Part shown: piece after piece, positions 31,286 through 41,954 of the stretch
Position numbering within the stretch: position 1 is the first letter of the stretch
How the letters are laid out: each line of letters starts with the position of its first letter
Assembly (NCBI GenBank): GCA_963422645.2
Contig: CAXXVO010000008.1
Coordinates: forward strand, 576,001-640,000
DNA length: 64,000 nucleotides
Direction: 5' to 3'
From: Alphaproteobacteria bacterium
GTDB lineage: Bacteria > Pseudomonadota > Alphaproteobacteria > UBA828
The notes under the pieces: generated by a model
What the model was told of the DNA's origin: nothing
What the model saw: the letters and a program-made list of their open reading frames with translations, nothing else
Databases searched by the model: none
Made by a program: the position numbers and the translations under genes

Positions 31286-32466
31286 CGTTCCACGAGCGCA
31301 ATGCGCTTGTTGTACCAGTTCATGAAGGCGGACGTGAGCAGACTCAGGACCAGATAGAACACCATGTAGAGGGAGATCACCTCAAGCGCTTGGCCGCTCT
31401 GGTTGAGGATGGTATCGCCGATCGAGACGATGTCCTGATAGCCGATGGCGACGGCCAGCGAGGAGTTCTTGGTCAGGTTCAGGTACTGACTGGTCATTGG
31501 CGGAATGATCACCCGCAGCGCCTGCGGCAGGATGATCTTGCGCATGGTCAGCCCGCGCCTCAGCCCGAGCGCGCCGGCCGCCTCGGTCTGTCCCTTGGAG
31601 ACCGAGAGAATCCCGCCACGCACGATTTCGGAGATGAAGGCGCCGGTGTAGGTGGAGAGCGCCAGCCAAAGCGCCACCAGCTCCGGTGTGATGATGAAGC
31701 CGCCCTTCAAGTTGAAGCGCTGCTTCTCCGGTATGTCGAAATCGAGCGGCTCGCCGCCGGCGAAATAGACGATCACCGGGAGGCCCACGATCAGTCCGAG
31801 CCCGACCCAGCCAACCGGGAAGGTTTGGCCGGTCGCATCCTGGCGCTTTCTCGCCCAGCGCCTGATCAGAACGGCTGCGACCACGCCCACCAGGATCATC
31901 GCCAGCACGATCGCCGAGCCGTCCTCGAAGATGGGCGCGGGCAAGAATATACCGCGGTTGTTGAGAAAGGCCGCATCGCCGAACGAAATGCTGTCGCGCA
32001 CCCTGGGCAGCGCCAGCAAGATCAGCCACCAAAAGATGATTTGCAGCAGCACCGGGACGTTGCGAGTAAACTCGACCCAGACCGTGACGATGCCGCTCAC
32101 CAGGAAGTTGTTGGAGAGCCTGAGAACGCCTGCCACAAAGCCGATGACCGTCGCGGCGAAGACACCCATCACTGCGACGAGGATGGTGTTGAGCGCGCCG
32201 ATGACGAACGCCTGCCCGTAGGTCGAGGTCGACGCGTAATCGAGAAGGCGCTGATTGATATCGAAGTTGGCAGTGTCGAAGAGGAAGCCGTAGCCGGAGG
32301 AGAGGCCGGCCTCTTCGAGGTTCGTGATCGTGTTCAAGACAACGAAGGCGGCGAGGCCCACCACCCCGAGCACGATGAGAACTTGGAAGATGACGCCGCG
32401 GGCGCGCTCGTCGGTCCAGGCGCGGCTTATGTCGAAGCCGCCGCCTGAGGGCGCTCTCTGGGTCAC
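31282..32466 (-). CDS. aapQ: Amino acid ABC transporter permease AapQ
   Basis: RNVPVLLQI, SQYLNLTKNSSLA, NQSGQA. Confidence 0.9.
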   Translation of the reverse strand: MTQRAPSGGGFDISRAWTDERARGVIFQVLIVLGVVGLAAFVVLNTITNLEEAGLSSGYGFLFDTANFDINQRLLDYASTSTYGQAFVIGALNTILVAVMGVFAATVIGFVAGVLRLSNNFLVSGIVTVWVEFTRNVPVLLQIIFWWLILLALPRVRDSISFGDAAFLNNRGIFLPAPIFEDGSAIVLAMILVGVVAAVLIRRWARKRQDATGQTFPVGWVGLGLIVGLPVIVYFAGGEPLDFDIPEKQRFNLKGGFIITPELVALWLALSTYTGAFISEIVRGGILSVSKGQTEAAGALGLRRGLTMRKIILPQALRVIIPPMTSQYLNLTKNSSLAVAIGYQDIVSIGDTILNQSGQALEVISLYMVFYLVLSLLTSAFMNWYNKRIALVER

Positions 32467-32556
32467 GGTGGCGCCGCCCCCCTTACATTACTAAAACAAC
32501 ATAACACTACCAGAACGACATATGATGTCGGAACCATCGCCTTTTACCAGAAATAA

Positions 32557-32590
32557 CACCGTCCCGCCCGCTTAGCCGGGCGGGACGGTG
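32557..32590. terminator. Stem-loop downstream of aapJ
   Basis: CACCGTCCCGCCCG...CGGGCGGGACGGTG inverted repeat. Confidence 0.6.
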
Positions 32591-32601
32591 CGTCGTCGAT
32601 G

Positions 32602-33633
32602 CTAACGGATCGGAGGCGAATAGAGGATGCCGCCGTCGGTGTAGAGAGCGTTGAGACCCCGGCCCAGGCCCAGCGGGCTGCTGGCGCCGATGTGGCGATC
32701 GAAGATCTCGGCGTAGTTGCCTTCCGCCGCGATGGCGCGGGCCGCCCACTGTGCGTCGAGACCCAGCATCTCACCCATCGAGCCTTCGGTGCCCAGCATC
32801 CGGTTGATCTCAGGATGATCGCCTGCCGCTGCAGCCATCTCCGCCACGTTCGCCTGGTTCACGCCGAGCTCCTCGGCCGTGATCAGCGCGTTCAGGGTCC
32901 AGCGTGCGATATCCGCCCACTGGTCGTCGCCCTGGCGCACCAAGGGCCCCAGCGGCTCCTTCGAGATGATCTCCGGGAACACCATGTGCTGGGACGGATC
33001 CTCGAAGGTGGTCCGTGTCGCCGCCAGACCGGAGGCGTCCGTCGTATAGACGTCGCAACGCTCTGCCTCGTAGGCCGCGCGGGCCTCGGCGTTGGTCTCG
33101 ATCGGCACCGGCTCGTAGCTGATGCCGTTGACGCGGAAGAAGTCCGCGAGGTTGAGCTCGGTGGTGGTGCCGGTCTGGATACAGACCGAGGCGCCGTCGA
33201 GCTCGGTGGCGCTGCCGATGCCGAGCGCCGTGCGGCCGATAAAGCCCTGGCCGTCATAGTAGCTGACGCCGATGAAGGTGAAGCCGAGGTCGACATCGCG
33301 CGACAAGGTCCAGGTCGTGTTGCGCGAGAGCACGTCGATCTCGCCCGACGCTAGCGCCGGGAAGCGCGTCTTGCCGGTCAGATTGACGAAGGAAATCGCG
33401 TTGGCATCGCCGAGCACGGCGGCCGCCAACGCCCGGCAGTAAGCCACGTCGAAGCCGGTCCAGTTGCCCGCGTCATCGGTGTAGGCGAAGCCCGGCAGGC
33501 CGGTGTTGATGCCGCACTTGAGCGTGCCTGCGGCCTTCACGTCGTCGAGGGTCGCTGCCTGGCTGGGCACCGCGCCCGATGCCAACAGCGCGCCGGCCAC
33601 AGCGACGGCGCCGGCAATTTTCTTGAAGCTCAT
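32602..33633 (-). CDS. aapJ: General L-amino acid ABC substrate-binding protein AapJ
   Basis: Signal peptide; LSRNTTWTLSRD, YYDGQGF, GTTTELN, ISKEPLGP. Confidence 0.93.
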   Translation of the reverse strand: MSFKKIAGAVAVAGALLASGAVPSQAATLDDVKAAGTLKCGINTGLPGFAYTDDAGNWTGFDVAYCRALAAAVLGDANAISFVNLTGKTRFPALASGEIDVLSRNTTWTLSRDVDLGFTFIGVSYYDGQGFIGRTALGIGSATELDGASVCIQTGTTTELNLADFFRVNGISYEPVPIETNAEARAAYEAERCDVYTTDASGLAATRTTFEDPSQHMVFPEIISKEPLGPLVRQGDDQWADIARWTLNALITAEELGVNQANVAEMAAAAGDHPEINRMLGTEGSMGEMLGLDAQWAARAIAAEGNYAEIFDRHIGASSPLGLGRGLNALYTDGGILYSPPIR

Positions 33634-33743
33634 TCCGTCCTCCAGTCTCAAATGTGGTTGCCGCGCGCGCTGCCGCGAACAGCCCGCAGATACAACAGCA
33701 ATCTGCGATTGCCAACCGCCAAGCACGCGTCAAGACGCTAGTT

Positions 33744-36258
33744 TCAGACTTCCTGACCTCGTGATGCTGGCTGTTCTGGGCAGCGTGCCGGGAACTCCTT
33801 GAATTCTGATACATTTCGGTTGTTTCAGGCGGTTTTTCGCTGGGTGTCGCGCCCGAGGTCTGATAGTATAATTTGATACCAATTGCACGGTCTCAACCAT
33901 GCCCAGTACCCTCCCAATGTGCCCTCCAGAGGCGGTCTCGATCGGCAACAGCTGCTTCGCCGTCCTGATCTCGGACGACACCTTCACCTACTTTTCCAAC
34001 CTCATTCCCTTTGACAGCCACGCCGCCGATGACCGCACGGCCATGCTCTTGCGGATCGGCCGCCTCGCGGCGATCAGCGCGGTCTCGCCGCAGGAACTGG
34101 CTGACGCTTTCGCTGTCTCGCGCGCGACGGTGCAGCGCGCACGACGGCGCTACCTGGCCGAGGGCGAAGCGGGGTTCATGAAGCCCCGGCGCGGTCGCGG
34201 GCCGTCGGTGTTCACTCCGGAGTTGGCGGAGAAGGCGACGGCGTTGCTGGCATCGGGCCTGAGCGGCTCTGCGGCGGCCCGGGTTCTCGGCGTGTCAGCG
34301 CCATCGGTCAACAAGTGGCGCCGTCAGGGACTGATCGGCAACACGGAGGCGGATGGGGAGCCCGGACGCTCAGCGCTGGCTGCGCCGCCTGACGCGGGTG
34401 CGGCTCCTGAAGGCCGTGTCGATGAAGAGAGTACCGGTGCCCCGGGGCCGGAGACGGCGCCGGGGCTGGAAGCGCAGCCGCAAACGGATCGCAGCGCGCG
34501 CGATCGGCGGGACCGGCAGGCGCCGATGGGGCGTGCGACTTGCGATGTTCCGGCTCGGGTTCTGGCCAGTTGTGGACAGGCGGGGCCGGTCGAACCGCAG
34601 TTCGCCGCCGCCGCCCGCGGTGTCCGCTTCGGCGGCGTGCTCGCCGCCCTGCCGGCCCTGCTGAAGGAAGGTCTTCTCTCCGAGACCGGTCTCCTGCCAT
34701 TGCTGCCGAAGGGCTATTACGGCTTGCCTACGATCCTGCTCTTCCTGGCCTTCATGACCTTGGCGCGGGTGCGCAACCCCGAGAGCCTGCGCTACCAGGC
34801 GCCGGGCGAATGGGGCGCCATTCTCGGCCTCGATCGCTGCCCCGAGGTCAAGACGCTGCGCCGCAAGATCGCTCTCATCGCCGACGACGAGGCCGGCGTG
34901 CGGGCGTGGCAGCTCGCCCTTGCCAGGCGCTGGCAGGCGCCGACGAGCCGGAGCTCTGGGCGACGCTGGCCATCGACGGGCACGTCAAGGTCTACTCCGG
35001 CCGCAAGGGGCGCTTGCCCAAGCACTTCGTCTCGCGCGAGAAGCTGTGCCTGCCGGCGAGCGCCAGCTACTGGATCAACGCTCTGGGCGGCAAGCCGCTG
35101 CTCTGTCTGCACAAGCCGCTGGACCCGAAGATGGTCGCGGCCATCGAAGCCGACGTGGTGCCGGCGCTGCAGGAGCTTGGGATCGTTGGCGCCGGGGCGC
35201 CGGACCTGACCGCCGAGCATCCCGGCCAGCCGGCGCTCACCCTGGTCTTCGACCGCGAGGGCTGGAGCCCGGATCTGTTCCGCCGGCTGGCGAGGCGCGG
35301 CGTCGCCTGCCTGACCTGGCACAAGAACTTCAGGGGCGAGGACTGGCCGGCCGAGGACTTCGGCGCGATGACCGTTCCCATTCACGGACCGGCGGCGGAC
35401 GGCAGCGCCACCATGCGGCTGGCTGAGAAGCCGGTGACGTTGCCGAACGGCTTCAGGGTGCGCCAGATCCGCCGCCTGCTCGACAACGGCCGTCAGGTGC
35501 CGCTGATCACCACCGATCCGCACAAGCCGATGGCTGAGGTTGCGGGCGCCATGTTCTCGCGCTGGTCGCAGGAGAACTTCTTCAAGTACATGCGTGACGA
35601 GTTCAATCTCGACGCCCTGCCGACCCACGAGCTCGAGCCTCTCGATCCCGCCGCCATGGTCGTCAACCCGCTGCGGCGGGCCTATGACAAGGCAATCCAT
35701 CGCCTCGACCGCCAGCTTGGCCGCCTGCGCAACCGCATCGCCGACACGGCCCGGAAGAAGCAGCCGACGGCGGAACTCAGGAGGGAAGTCAGGGACCTCC
35801 AGGATGTCCGCGACATCGTCAGGGCCAGCCGCAGGGAGACGCCCAAGCACTGCCGGGCCGGCGACCTCGACGAAGCCGAGCAGCTCGATGCCTTGCCCGC
35901 GCGCGAGCGCCTCCTCCTCGACGTCATCCGGATGATCGCCTACCGCGCCGAAACCCGCATGATGCTTCCCGTCATGCAGGCGCAGGGCCACAAGCCCCAT
36001 CCCCGGAAACTGCTTCAAGCGCTGCTCACCGCCGATGCCGACATCCTGCCGGATCCTGGCAATGGCCTCCTGCGGGTCCACATTCTTGGCCTCGCAAACG
36101 ACGCCTGCGACCGTTGGATCGATGCGGTTCTGAGCGACCTGAACGCCACCGAAACGGTCTTCCCCGGCACCCGTCTGCGCATAGTCTACGACATCGACGG
36201 GGCCTCGGAATCCGCGCGGCTCGTGTCACCTAAAATCAGCAGAGGTCAGGAAGTCTGA
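33744..36258 (+). mobile_element. 2.5-kb IS (copy 1) with large HTH+DDE transposase (33899-36258, frameshift about 34935)
   Basis: 17-bp perfect IRs TCAGACTTCCTGACCTC / GAGGTCAGGAAGTCTGA; 3-bp duplication GTT; IDGH, FDREG, RWSQENFFK. Confidence 0.92.
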
Positions 36259-36402
36259 GTTTTCGATTCCAGTTTCGCTTCGCCATATGATGTTCTTCAA
36301 TCGTGCTTGACAGGCGTGGGGGCCGGATACACGCTGCGGGGTACCGTGATGCATGATGCTGCAATGTGCTGCAGAGCCACTTAGACCAGTCGGAGGAGAT
36401 CC

Positions 36403-36600
36403 GTGGCAGCGAATTTCCGAGTGACTGTCAATCTGGAGGAACCCGAATATGCGGTGCTTTCGGCTCTGTCCGGCAAGCACCGGCTATCCCTTGCTTGGCT
36501 GGGGCGCCAAGCGATCATCGAGTTCCTCGAACGACACGAAGAACAGGAACTACAGCTGCCGCTGACCCTATCGTCGGAGAGTCGCTCGGTAAATGGTTGA
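36403..36600 (+). CDS. Small ribbon-helix-helix-like regulator upstream of the R-M operon
   Basis: RBS GGAGGAG; RVTVNLEEPEYAVL...SLAWLGRQAIIEFL; overlaps the MTase start. Confidence 0.7.
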   Translation: MAANFRVTVNLEEPEYAVLSALSGKHRLSLAWLGRQAIIEFLERHEEQELQLPLTLSSESRSVNG

Positions 36601-38428
36601 GGCAGAAACACGAAGCGGTGTGACGACGGAGCCAAGTATTCGCGAAGGCGAGGACGCGGCGCCGTCGCCGTCAGCACAGGCGTGTGTTGAGGAGGGTTCC
36701 CTTCGCCTCTGCGCACTGACGTCGTCGGTAGAGCCGGAAGATCGGATAGGTTTCGCGCGGGCGGCGGTCTTTTCCGCGGTCTCGGCATTTTGGCGGCGGT
36801 GGCAGGAGGCGGCGGGTCGAGATCGGTCGCTGTTCGAGCTACCCGTAGACAATGGATTTCCGTCGATCGCGAAGGAAGCTAGGGATTCGGCGGAGAGAGT
36901 AGGCTGTGCTGCTGCAAAGCTGGATGTGGCGGATGCGAGCTACGCGATCGGCGTTTTGTACACCTCGATGATGCCCGACGGAATGCGGGCTCGACACGGT
37001 GCCTATTACACGCCGCCGGCGCTTTGCGAAGCTCTGTTGGACATGGCCACTGAAGCCGGAGTCGACTGGAGGTCCGCGCGAGTGCTGGATCCGGCGTGTG
37101 GCGGAGGCGCATTCCTGTCGCCTGTAGCCCAGCGCATGGTGGAGAGTCTGAGTGACTGGGACAGCGCGAGGAGCGTATTGGAGAACATACAGAGTCGTTT
37201 GCGCGGCTTCGAGTTGGATCCGTTCGCTGCATGGATGTCGCAGGTGTTTGTCGAGGCGACGCTAGACGATCTGTGCGATAGGGCGGGCGCACGGCTAAGT
37301 CCGTTGGTGCTAGTCTGCGATAGCTTGGAACAAGTGCCCCGAGGCACCGAATATGACCTGGTGGTCGGCAATCCGCCTTACGGTCGGGTCAGGCTTTCAC
37401 CACAGTTACGCGCCAAATTCCAGCGAAGTCTGTTCGGCCATGCGAATCTGTACGGTGTGTTCACCGATCTGGCGCTTCGTTTCGCGCGGGCGGGCGGAGT
37501 GATCGCATATGTGACGCCTACAAGCTTCCTGTCTGGAGAGTACTTCAAAGCATTGCGGGGCCTGCTGGGACAGGAAGCGGCTCCGGTGAGTATTGAATTT
37601 GTCGCTAGGCGCAAGGGCGTCTTCGCGGACGTGCTTCAGGAAACGCTGCTGGCAACCTACAAGCGGGGTACCAGGTCGCGTGTGGGGAGTGTCCATTTCA
37701 TTTCCACCGCGAGAGACGGTTCGGTTGTGAGGACGGCAGCCGGTCCATTCAACTTGCCCGAAGACCCGGTCCAGCCTTGGCTAATGGCGAGAACGGAAGC
37801 GCAAAGCATACTGGCGAGTAGGGTTGACGAAATGCCTGGTAGGCTCGTCGACTATGGCTACACAGTCAAAACGGGACCGCTGGTGTGGAATCGGCATAAG
37901 CCGAGCTTGCGGGACCGGCCTGGGAAGGGTCGCTATCCGCTGATCTGGGCAGAGTCCGTGCGACCAGACGGAGTGTTTTCGTTCAGGGCTGAGAAACGAA
38001 ATCACAAGCCGTACTTCGAGCCAAAGGACAAAGAGAAGTGGGTGGTAACTAAAGCCCCGTGCGTGCTGCTGCAAAGAACAACGGCGAAAGAGCAATGTCG
38101 GCGGCTGATTGCGGCGGAATTGCCGCCGGCGTTTATCGTGGAGCACGGCGCGGTTGTGATCGAGAACCACCTGAACATGATTAAGCCGCTCAATGGCACC
38201 CCACGGGTGACGCCCGCGGCAGTGGCCGTCCTGTTGAACAGCGATGTGGTCGATCAAGTGTTCCGATGCATCAATGGAAGCGTCGCGGTTTCGGCCTATG
38301 AGCTGGAAGCCTTGCCCCTTCCCCCACCGGAGGACATGGGGGAGATCGAGCAGTTGGTGAGCATGCGAGCAAGCCGTCTGACGCTGGAGCGCGCAGTAAA
38401 TCGCCTATACTGCCGCGAGGCGGGGTGA
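36593..38428 (+). CDS. Type II N6-adenine DNA methyltransferase (gamma class)
   Basis: GAYYTPP, VLDPACGGGAF, VVGNPPY, NLY. Confidence 0.9.
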   Translation: MVEAETRSGVTTEPSIREGEDAAPSPSAQACVEEGSLRLCALTSSVEPEDRIGFARAAVFSAVSAFWRRWQEAAGRDRSLFELPVDNGFPSIAKEARDSAERVGCAAAKLDVADASYAIGVLYTSMMPDGMRARHGAYYTPPALCEALLDMATEAGVDWRSARVLDPACGGGAFLSPVAQRMVESLSDWDSARSVLENIQSRLRGFELDPFAAWMSQVFVEATLDDLCDRAGARLSPLVLVCDSLEQVPRGTEYDLVVGNPPYGRVRLSPQLRAKFQRSLFGHANLYGVFTDLALRFARAGGVIAYVTPTSFLSGEYFKALRGLLGQEAAPVSIEFVARRKGVFADVLQETLLATYKRGTRSRVGSVHFISTARDGSVVRTAAGPFNLPEDPVQPWLMARTEAQSILASRVDEMPGRLVDYGYTVKTGPLVWNRHKPSLRDRPGKGRYPLIWAESVRPDGVFSFRAEKRNHKPYFEPKDKEKWVVTKAPCVLLQRTTAKEQCRRLIAAELPPAFIVEHGAVVIENHLNMIKPLNGTPRVTPAAVAVLLNSDVVDQVFRCINGSVAVSAYELEALPLPPPEDMGEIEQLVSMRASRLTLERAVNRLYCREAG

Positions 38429-39513
38429 TGCCCCTACCTCCTCTACTACCAGTTCCTGACATCCACGAACGCCTGCAGACGATCTTTCCAGAGGGAACGG
38501 CGAACCGAAACTATGTCACCCGAGAGATCGCAGCCAAGACGATCTTTGTCATGATGTATGTTGGGGCGGTGGATGGAGAGGAGTGTTGGCTGCGTCCCGA
38601 CCAAGTGACGCGGATGTCCGACGCACAGGCAGCATTAGCAGACGACCAGGATCGCAGAGCCTGGTTGGGTGCATCGATGCGCCCGGCAGCAGGTCATATC
38701 GATGGCAGGTGGTACGCCACGAACACGCGCGAACCGATCCGCGATGAGACGCTGCGAGAGGGTCTCGTGCGCCTGGGCGCAGTGATCGAAAGGGAAGGAT
38801 TGGCAACGACGTCACCCCTACCGCGGTATGCACTGGCGTCGGAATTTATGGGGCTGTTCGATCCTGGTCTAACTGGACAGGAGTTGAGTACATGCATCGA
38901 GGAATGGCAGGCAGCGAACCTATCCGGGGGTGCACTGGCCCGAGTGGCGATCATGCGCCGCGGAGCAGTTGCCCGTGAGGGACGAATTCTCGTGACGTTC
39001 CCGAACGGGGAGACACGGAACATGGAGCCTGGGCCGAGTTCGGTGATATCCAAGGCGGTCGTCGAAGAGTTTGCGTCTCGGTTCCTCAGTCAACCGGGGG
39101 TTGTCTGGCTGAGTGAGAGCCGAAACCAGGTGGTGGCACGAGACGACGACTTGGCAAAGGACATAGGCCTGGCGATCGAACCGGACAGGAATTTGCCGGA
39201 CTTGATCCTGGTAGACCTAGGGCCGGTCGAGCCGCTCTTGGTGTTTGCGGAGGTGGTGGCAACGGCAGGGCCGGTTAATGAAGCGCGGCAAGCAGCGTTG
39301 ATGGTCATCGCGACCGAGGCGGGATTCGGCGAAGGTCAAGTTGCATTCCTGACAGCCTATGCAGACCGCGACCATGCGGCGTTCAAGGCCTCTGTAAGTG
39401 AACTGGCCTGGCGATCATTTGCTTGGTTCATGTCGGAACCGGATCACATCGTGGTCTTGCACCGGGGCGGTGATGCAGAGCGCGCGCGCCTGTCGGACCT
39501 GATGAGAATGTAG
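38428..39513 (+). CDS. BsuBI/PstI-family restriction endonuclease
   Basis: WYATNTREPIRDETLR, PGPSS, LPDLILVD, FAEVVATAGPV, LAWRSFAWF; coupled to the MTase. Confidence 0.8.
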   Translation: MPLPPLLPVPDIHERLQTIFPEGTANRNYVTREIAAKTIFVMMYVGAVDGEECWLRPDQVTRMSDAQAALADDQDRRAWLGASMRPAAGHIDGRWYATNTREPIRDETLREGLVRLGAVIEREGLATTSPLPRYALASEFMGLFDPGLTGQELSTCIEEWQAANLSGGALARVAIMRRGAVAREGRILVTFPNGETRNMEPGPSSVISKAVVEEFASRFLSQPGVVWLSESRNQVVARDDDLAKDIGLAIEPDRNLPDLILVDLGPVEPLLVFAEVVATAGPVNEARQAALMVIATEAGFGEGQVAFLTAYADRDHAAFKASVSELAWRSFAWFMSEPDHIVVLHRGGDAERARLSDLMRM

Positions 39514-39603
39514 TGGGCAGTGCCGCAGCTGCGAGTGGCCAAAGAAACGTTGCTGAGGAATCTTGTGCGGGCTGGCTAGAAAAGCAGCTCGTGCAGGCTA
39601 AGC

Positions 39604-41232
39604 TCAGACTTCCTGACCTCGTGATGCTGGCTGTTCTGGGCAGCGTGCCGGGAACTCCTTGAATTCTGATACATTTCGGTTGTTTCAGGCGGTTTTTCGC
39701 TGGGTGTCGCGCCCGAGGTCTGATATTATAATTTGATACCAATTGCACGGTCTCAACCATGCCCAGTACCCTCCCAATGTGCCCTCCAGAGGCGGTCTCG
39801 ATCGGCAACAGCTGCTTCGCCGTCCTGATCTCGGACGACACCTTCACCTACTTTTCCAACCTCATTCCCTTTGACAGCCACGCCGCCGATGACCGCACGG
39901 CCATGCTCTTGCGGATCGGCCGCCTCGCGGCGATCAGCGCGGTCTCGCCGCAGGAACTGGCTGACGCTTTCGCTGTCTCGCGCGCGACGGTGCAGCGCGC
40001 ACGACGGCGCTACCTGGCCGAGGGCGAAGCGGGGTTCATGAAGCCCCGGCGCGGTCGCGGGCCGTCGGTGTTCACTCCGGAGTTGGCGGAGAAGGCGACG
40101 GCGTTGCTGGCATCGGGCCTGAGCGGCTCTGCGGCGGCCCGGGTTCTCGGCGTGTCAGCGCCATCGGTCAACAAGTGGCGCCGTCAGGGACTGATCGGCA
40201 ACACGGAGGCGGATGGGGAGCCCGGACGCTCAGCGCTGGCTGCGCCGCCTGACGCGGGTGCGGCTCCTGAAGGCCGTGTCGATGAAGAGAGTACCGGTGC
40301 CCCGGGGCCGGAGACGGCGCCGGGGCTGGAAGCGCAGCCGCAAACGGATCGCAGCGCGCGCGATCGGCGGGACCGGCAGGCGCCGATGGGGCGTGCGACT
40401 TGCGATGTTCCGGCTCGGGTTCTGGCCAGTTGTGGACAGGCGGGGCCGGTCGAACCGCAGTTCGCCGCCGCCGCCCGCGGTGTCCGCTTCGGCGGCGTGC
40501 TCGCCGCCCTGCCGGCCCTGCTGAAGGAAGGTCTTCTCTCCGAGACCGGTCTCCTGCCATTGCTGCCGAAGGGCTATTACGGCTTGCCTACGATCCTGCT
40601 CTTCCTGGCCTTCATGACCTTGGCGCGGGTGCGCAACCCCGAGAGCCTGCGCTACCAGGCGCCGGGCGAATGGGGCGCCATTCTCGGCCTCGATCGCTGC
40701 CCCGAGGTCAAGACGCTGCGCCGCAAGATCGCTCTCATCGCCGACGACGAGGCCGGCGTGCGGGCGTGGCAGCTCGCCCTTGCCAGGCGCTGGCAAGGCC
40801 GACGAGCCGGAGCTCTGGGCGACGCTGGCCATCGACGGGCACGTCAAGGTCTACTCCGGCCGCAAGGGGCGCTTGCCCAAGCACTTCGTCTCGCGCGAGA
40901 AGCTGTGCCTGCCGGCGAGCGCCAGCTACTGGATCAACGCTCTGGGCGGCAAGCCGCTGCTCTGTCTGCACAAGCCGCTGGACCCGAAGATGGTCGCGGC
41001 CATCGAAGCCGACGTGGTGCCGGCGCTGCAGGAGCTTGGGATCGTTGGCGCCGGGGCGCCGGACCTGACCGCCGAGCATCCCGGCCAGCCGGCGCTCACC
41101 CTGGTCTTCGACCGCGAGGGCTGGAGCCCGGATCTGTTCCGCCGGCTGGCGAGGCGCGGCGTCGCCTGCCTGACCTGGCACAAGAACTTCAGGGGCGAGG
41201 ACTGGCCGGCCGAGGACTTCGGCGCGATGACC
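39604..41232 (+). mobile_element. 2.5-kb IS copy 2, 3'-truncated
   Basis: Left IR at 39604; identity to copy 1 stops at about 41232; no right IR. Confidence 0.9.
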
Positions 41233-41443
41233 CTCACGCGCTGTCACCGCCCTTCGCCCTCTGCACATTGACGGTGCGGGACCTGCGTGTGACTGTGGCG
41301 CGAGAATATCTTGGCCGATGGGAGACCAGCGCTGACTGGACTGAGCCAGGAACTGTGAACGGATAGTCGCAACTGAGCGTGCCTGCGAGGGGTATCGAGA
41401 TAAGCGTAGAGGGCCGCGCTGCTCGGGAGGCACCCGGTGGTGG

Positions 41444-41950
41444 GTGCGAATCCGGCGTCCAAGGGGCAGGGGTGAGGCGGTCGAAAGGAAGGGGCCGTGG
41501 ATCAGGAAGTTGTTTGGTGGATCGTGCTGGATTCGAGCCTTGTTCCCTGATCAGCCTCTAGAATTCGTCGTATACGGGACGGCCGTGAGCCATCAGGCCA
41601 AGAGGCCTGCATCACGCGAGCGCTGGCGGGGAATGGTGCGAGATGCTGCGAGGGAGGAACTGCCTGATGTGCATTTTGCAGTAGAGGAGCCCGTGGCCGT
41701 AACGATCTACTTCTTTCCGCAGGCCGAGATGCAAGCGGATATTGACAATTGCGCGAAGCCAATCCTCGACGCGATGGGTAGTTTCGTTTACATAGACGAC
41801 AAACAAGTCGAGCGTATTGTAATGCAGAAATTCGAGGCGGAGCGACCTATGGAAGTCAGGGACGAACCCACTCCATTTCTTGCGACGGCGCTCGGTGCAG
41901 TAGTCCCGGTAGTTTATATTAAGGTTGGTACCGACCTCCGCGGGGAATGA
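41444..41950 (+). CDS. RusA-family endodeoxyribonuclease (start uncertain)
   Basis: DIDNCAKPILDAM...YIDDKQV acidic RusA motifs. Confidence 0.75.
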   Translation: MRIRRPRGRGEAVERKGPWIRKLFGGSCWIRALFPDQPLEFVVYGTAVSHQAKRPASRERWRGMVRDAAREELPDVHFAVEEPVAVTIYFFPQAEMQADIDNCAKPILDAMGSFVYIDDKQVERIVMQKFEAERPMEVRDEPTPFLATALGAVVPVVYIKVGTDLRGE

Positions 41951-41954
41951 CTAA

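Noticed and set aside
34925-34945. Classical programmed -1 frameshift in the large transposase
   Set aside because: No slippery heptamer, and the copies differ in DNA sequence rather than sharing one recoding site
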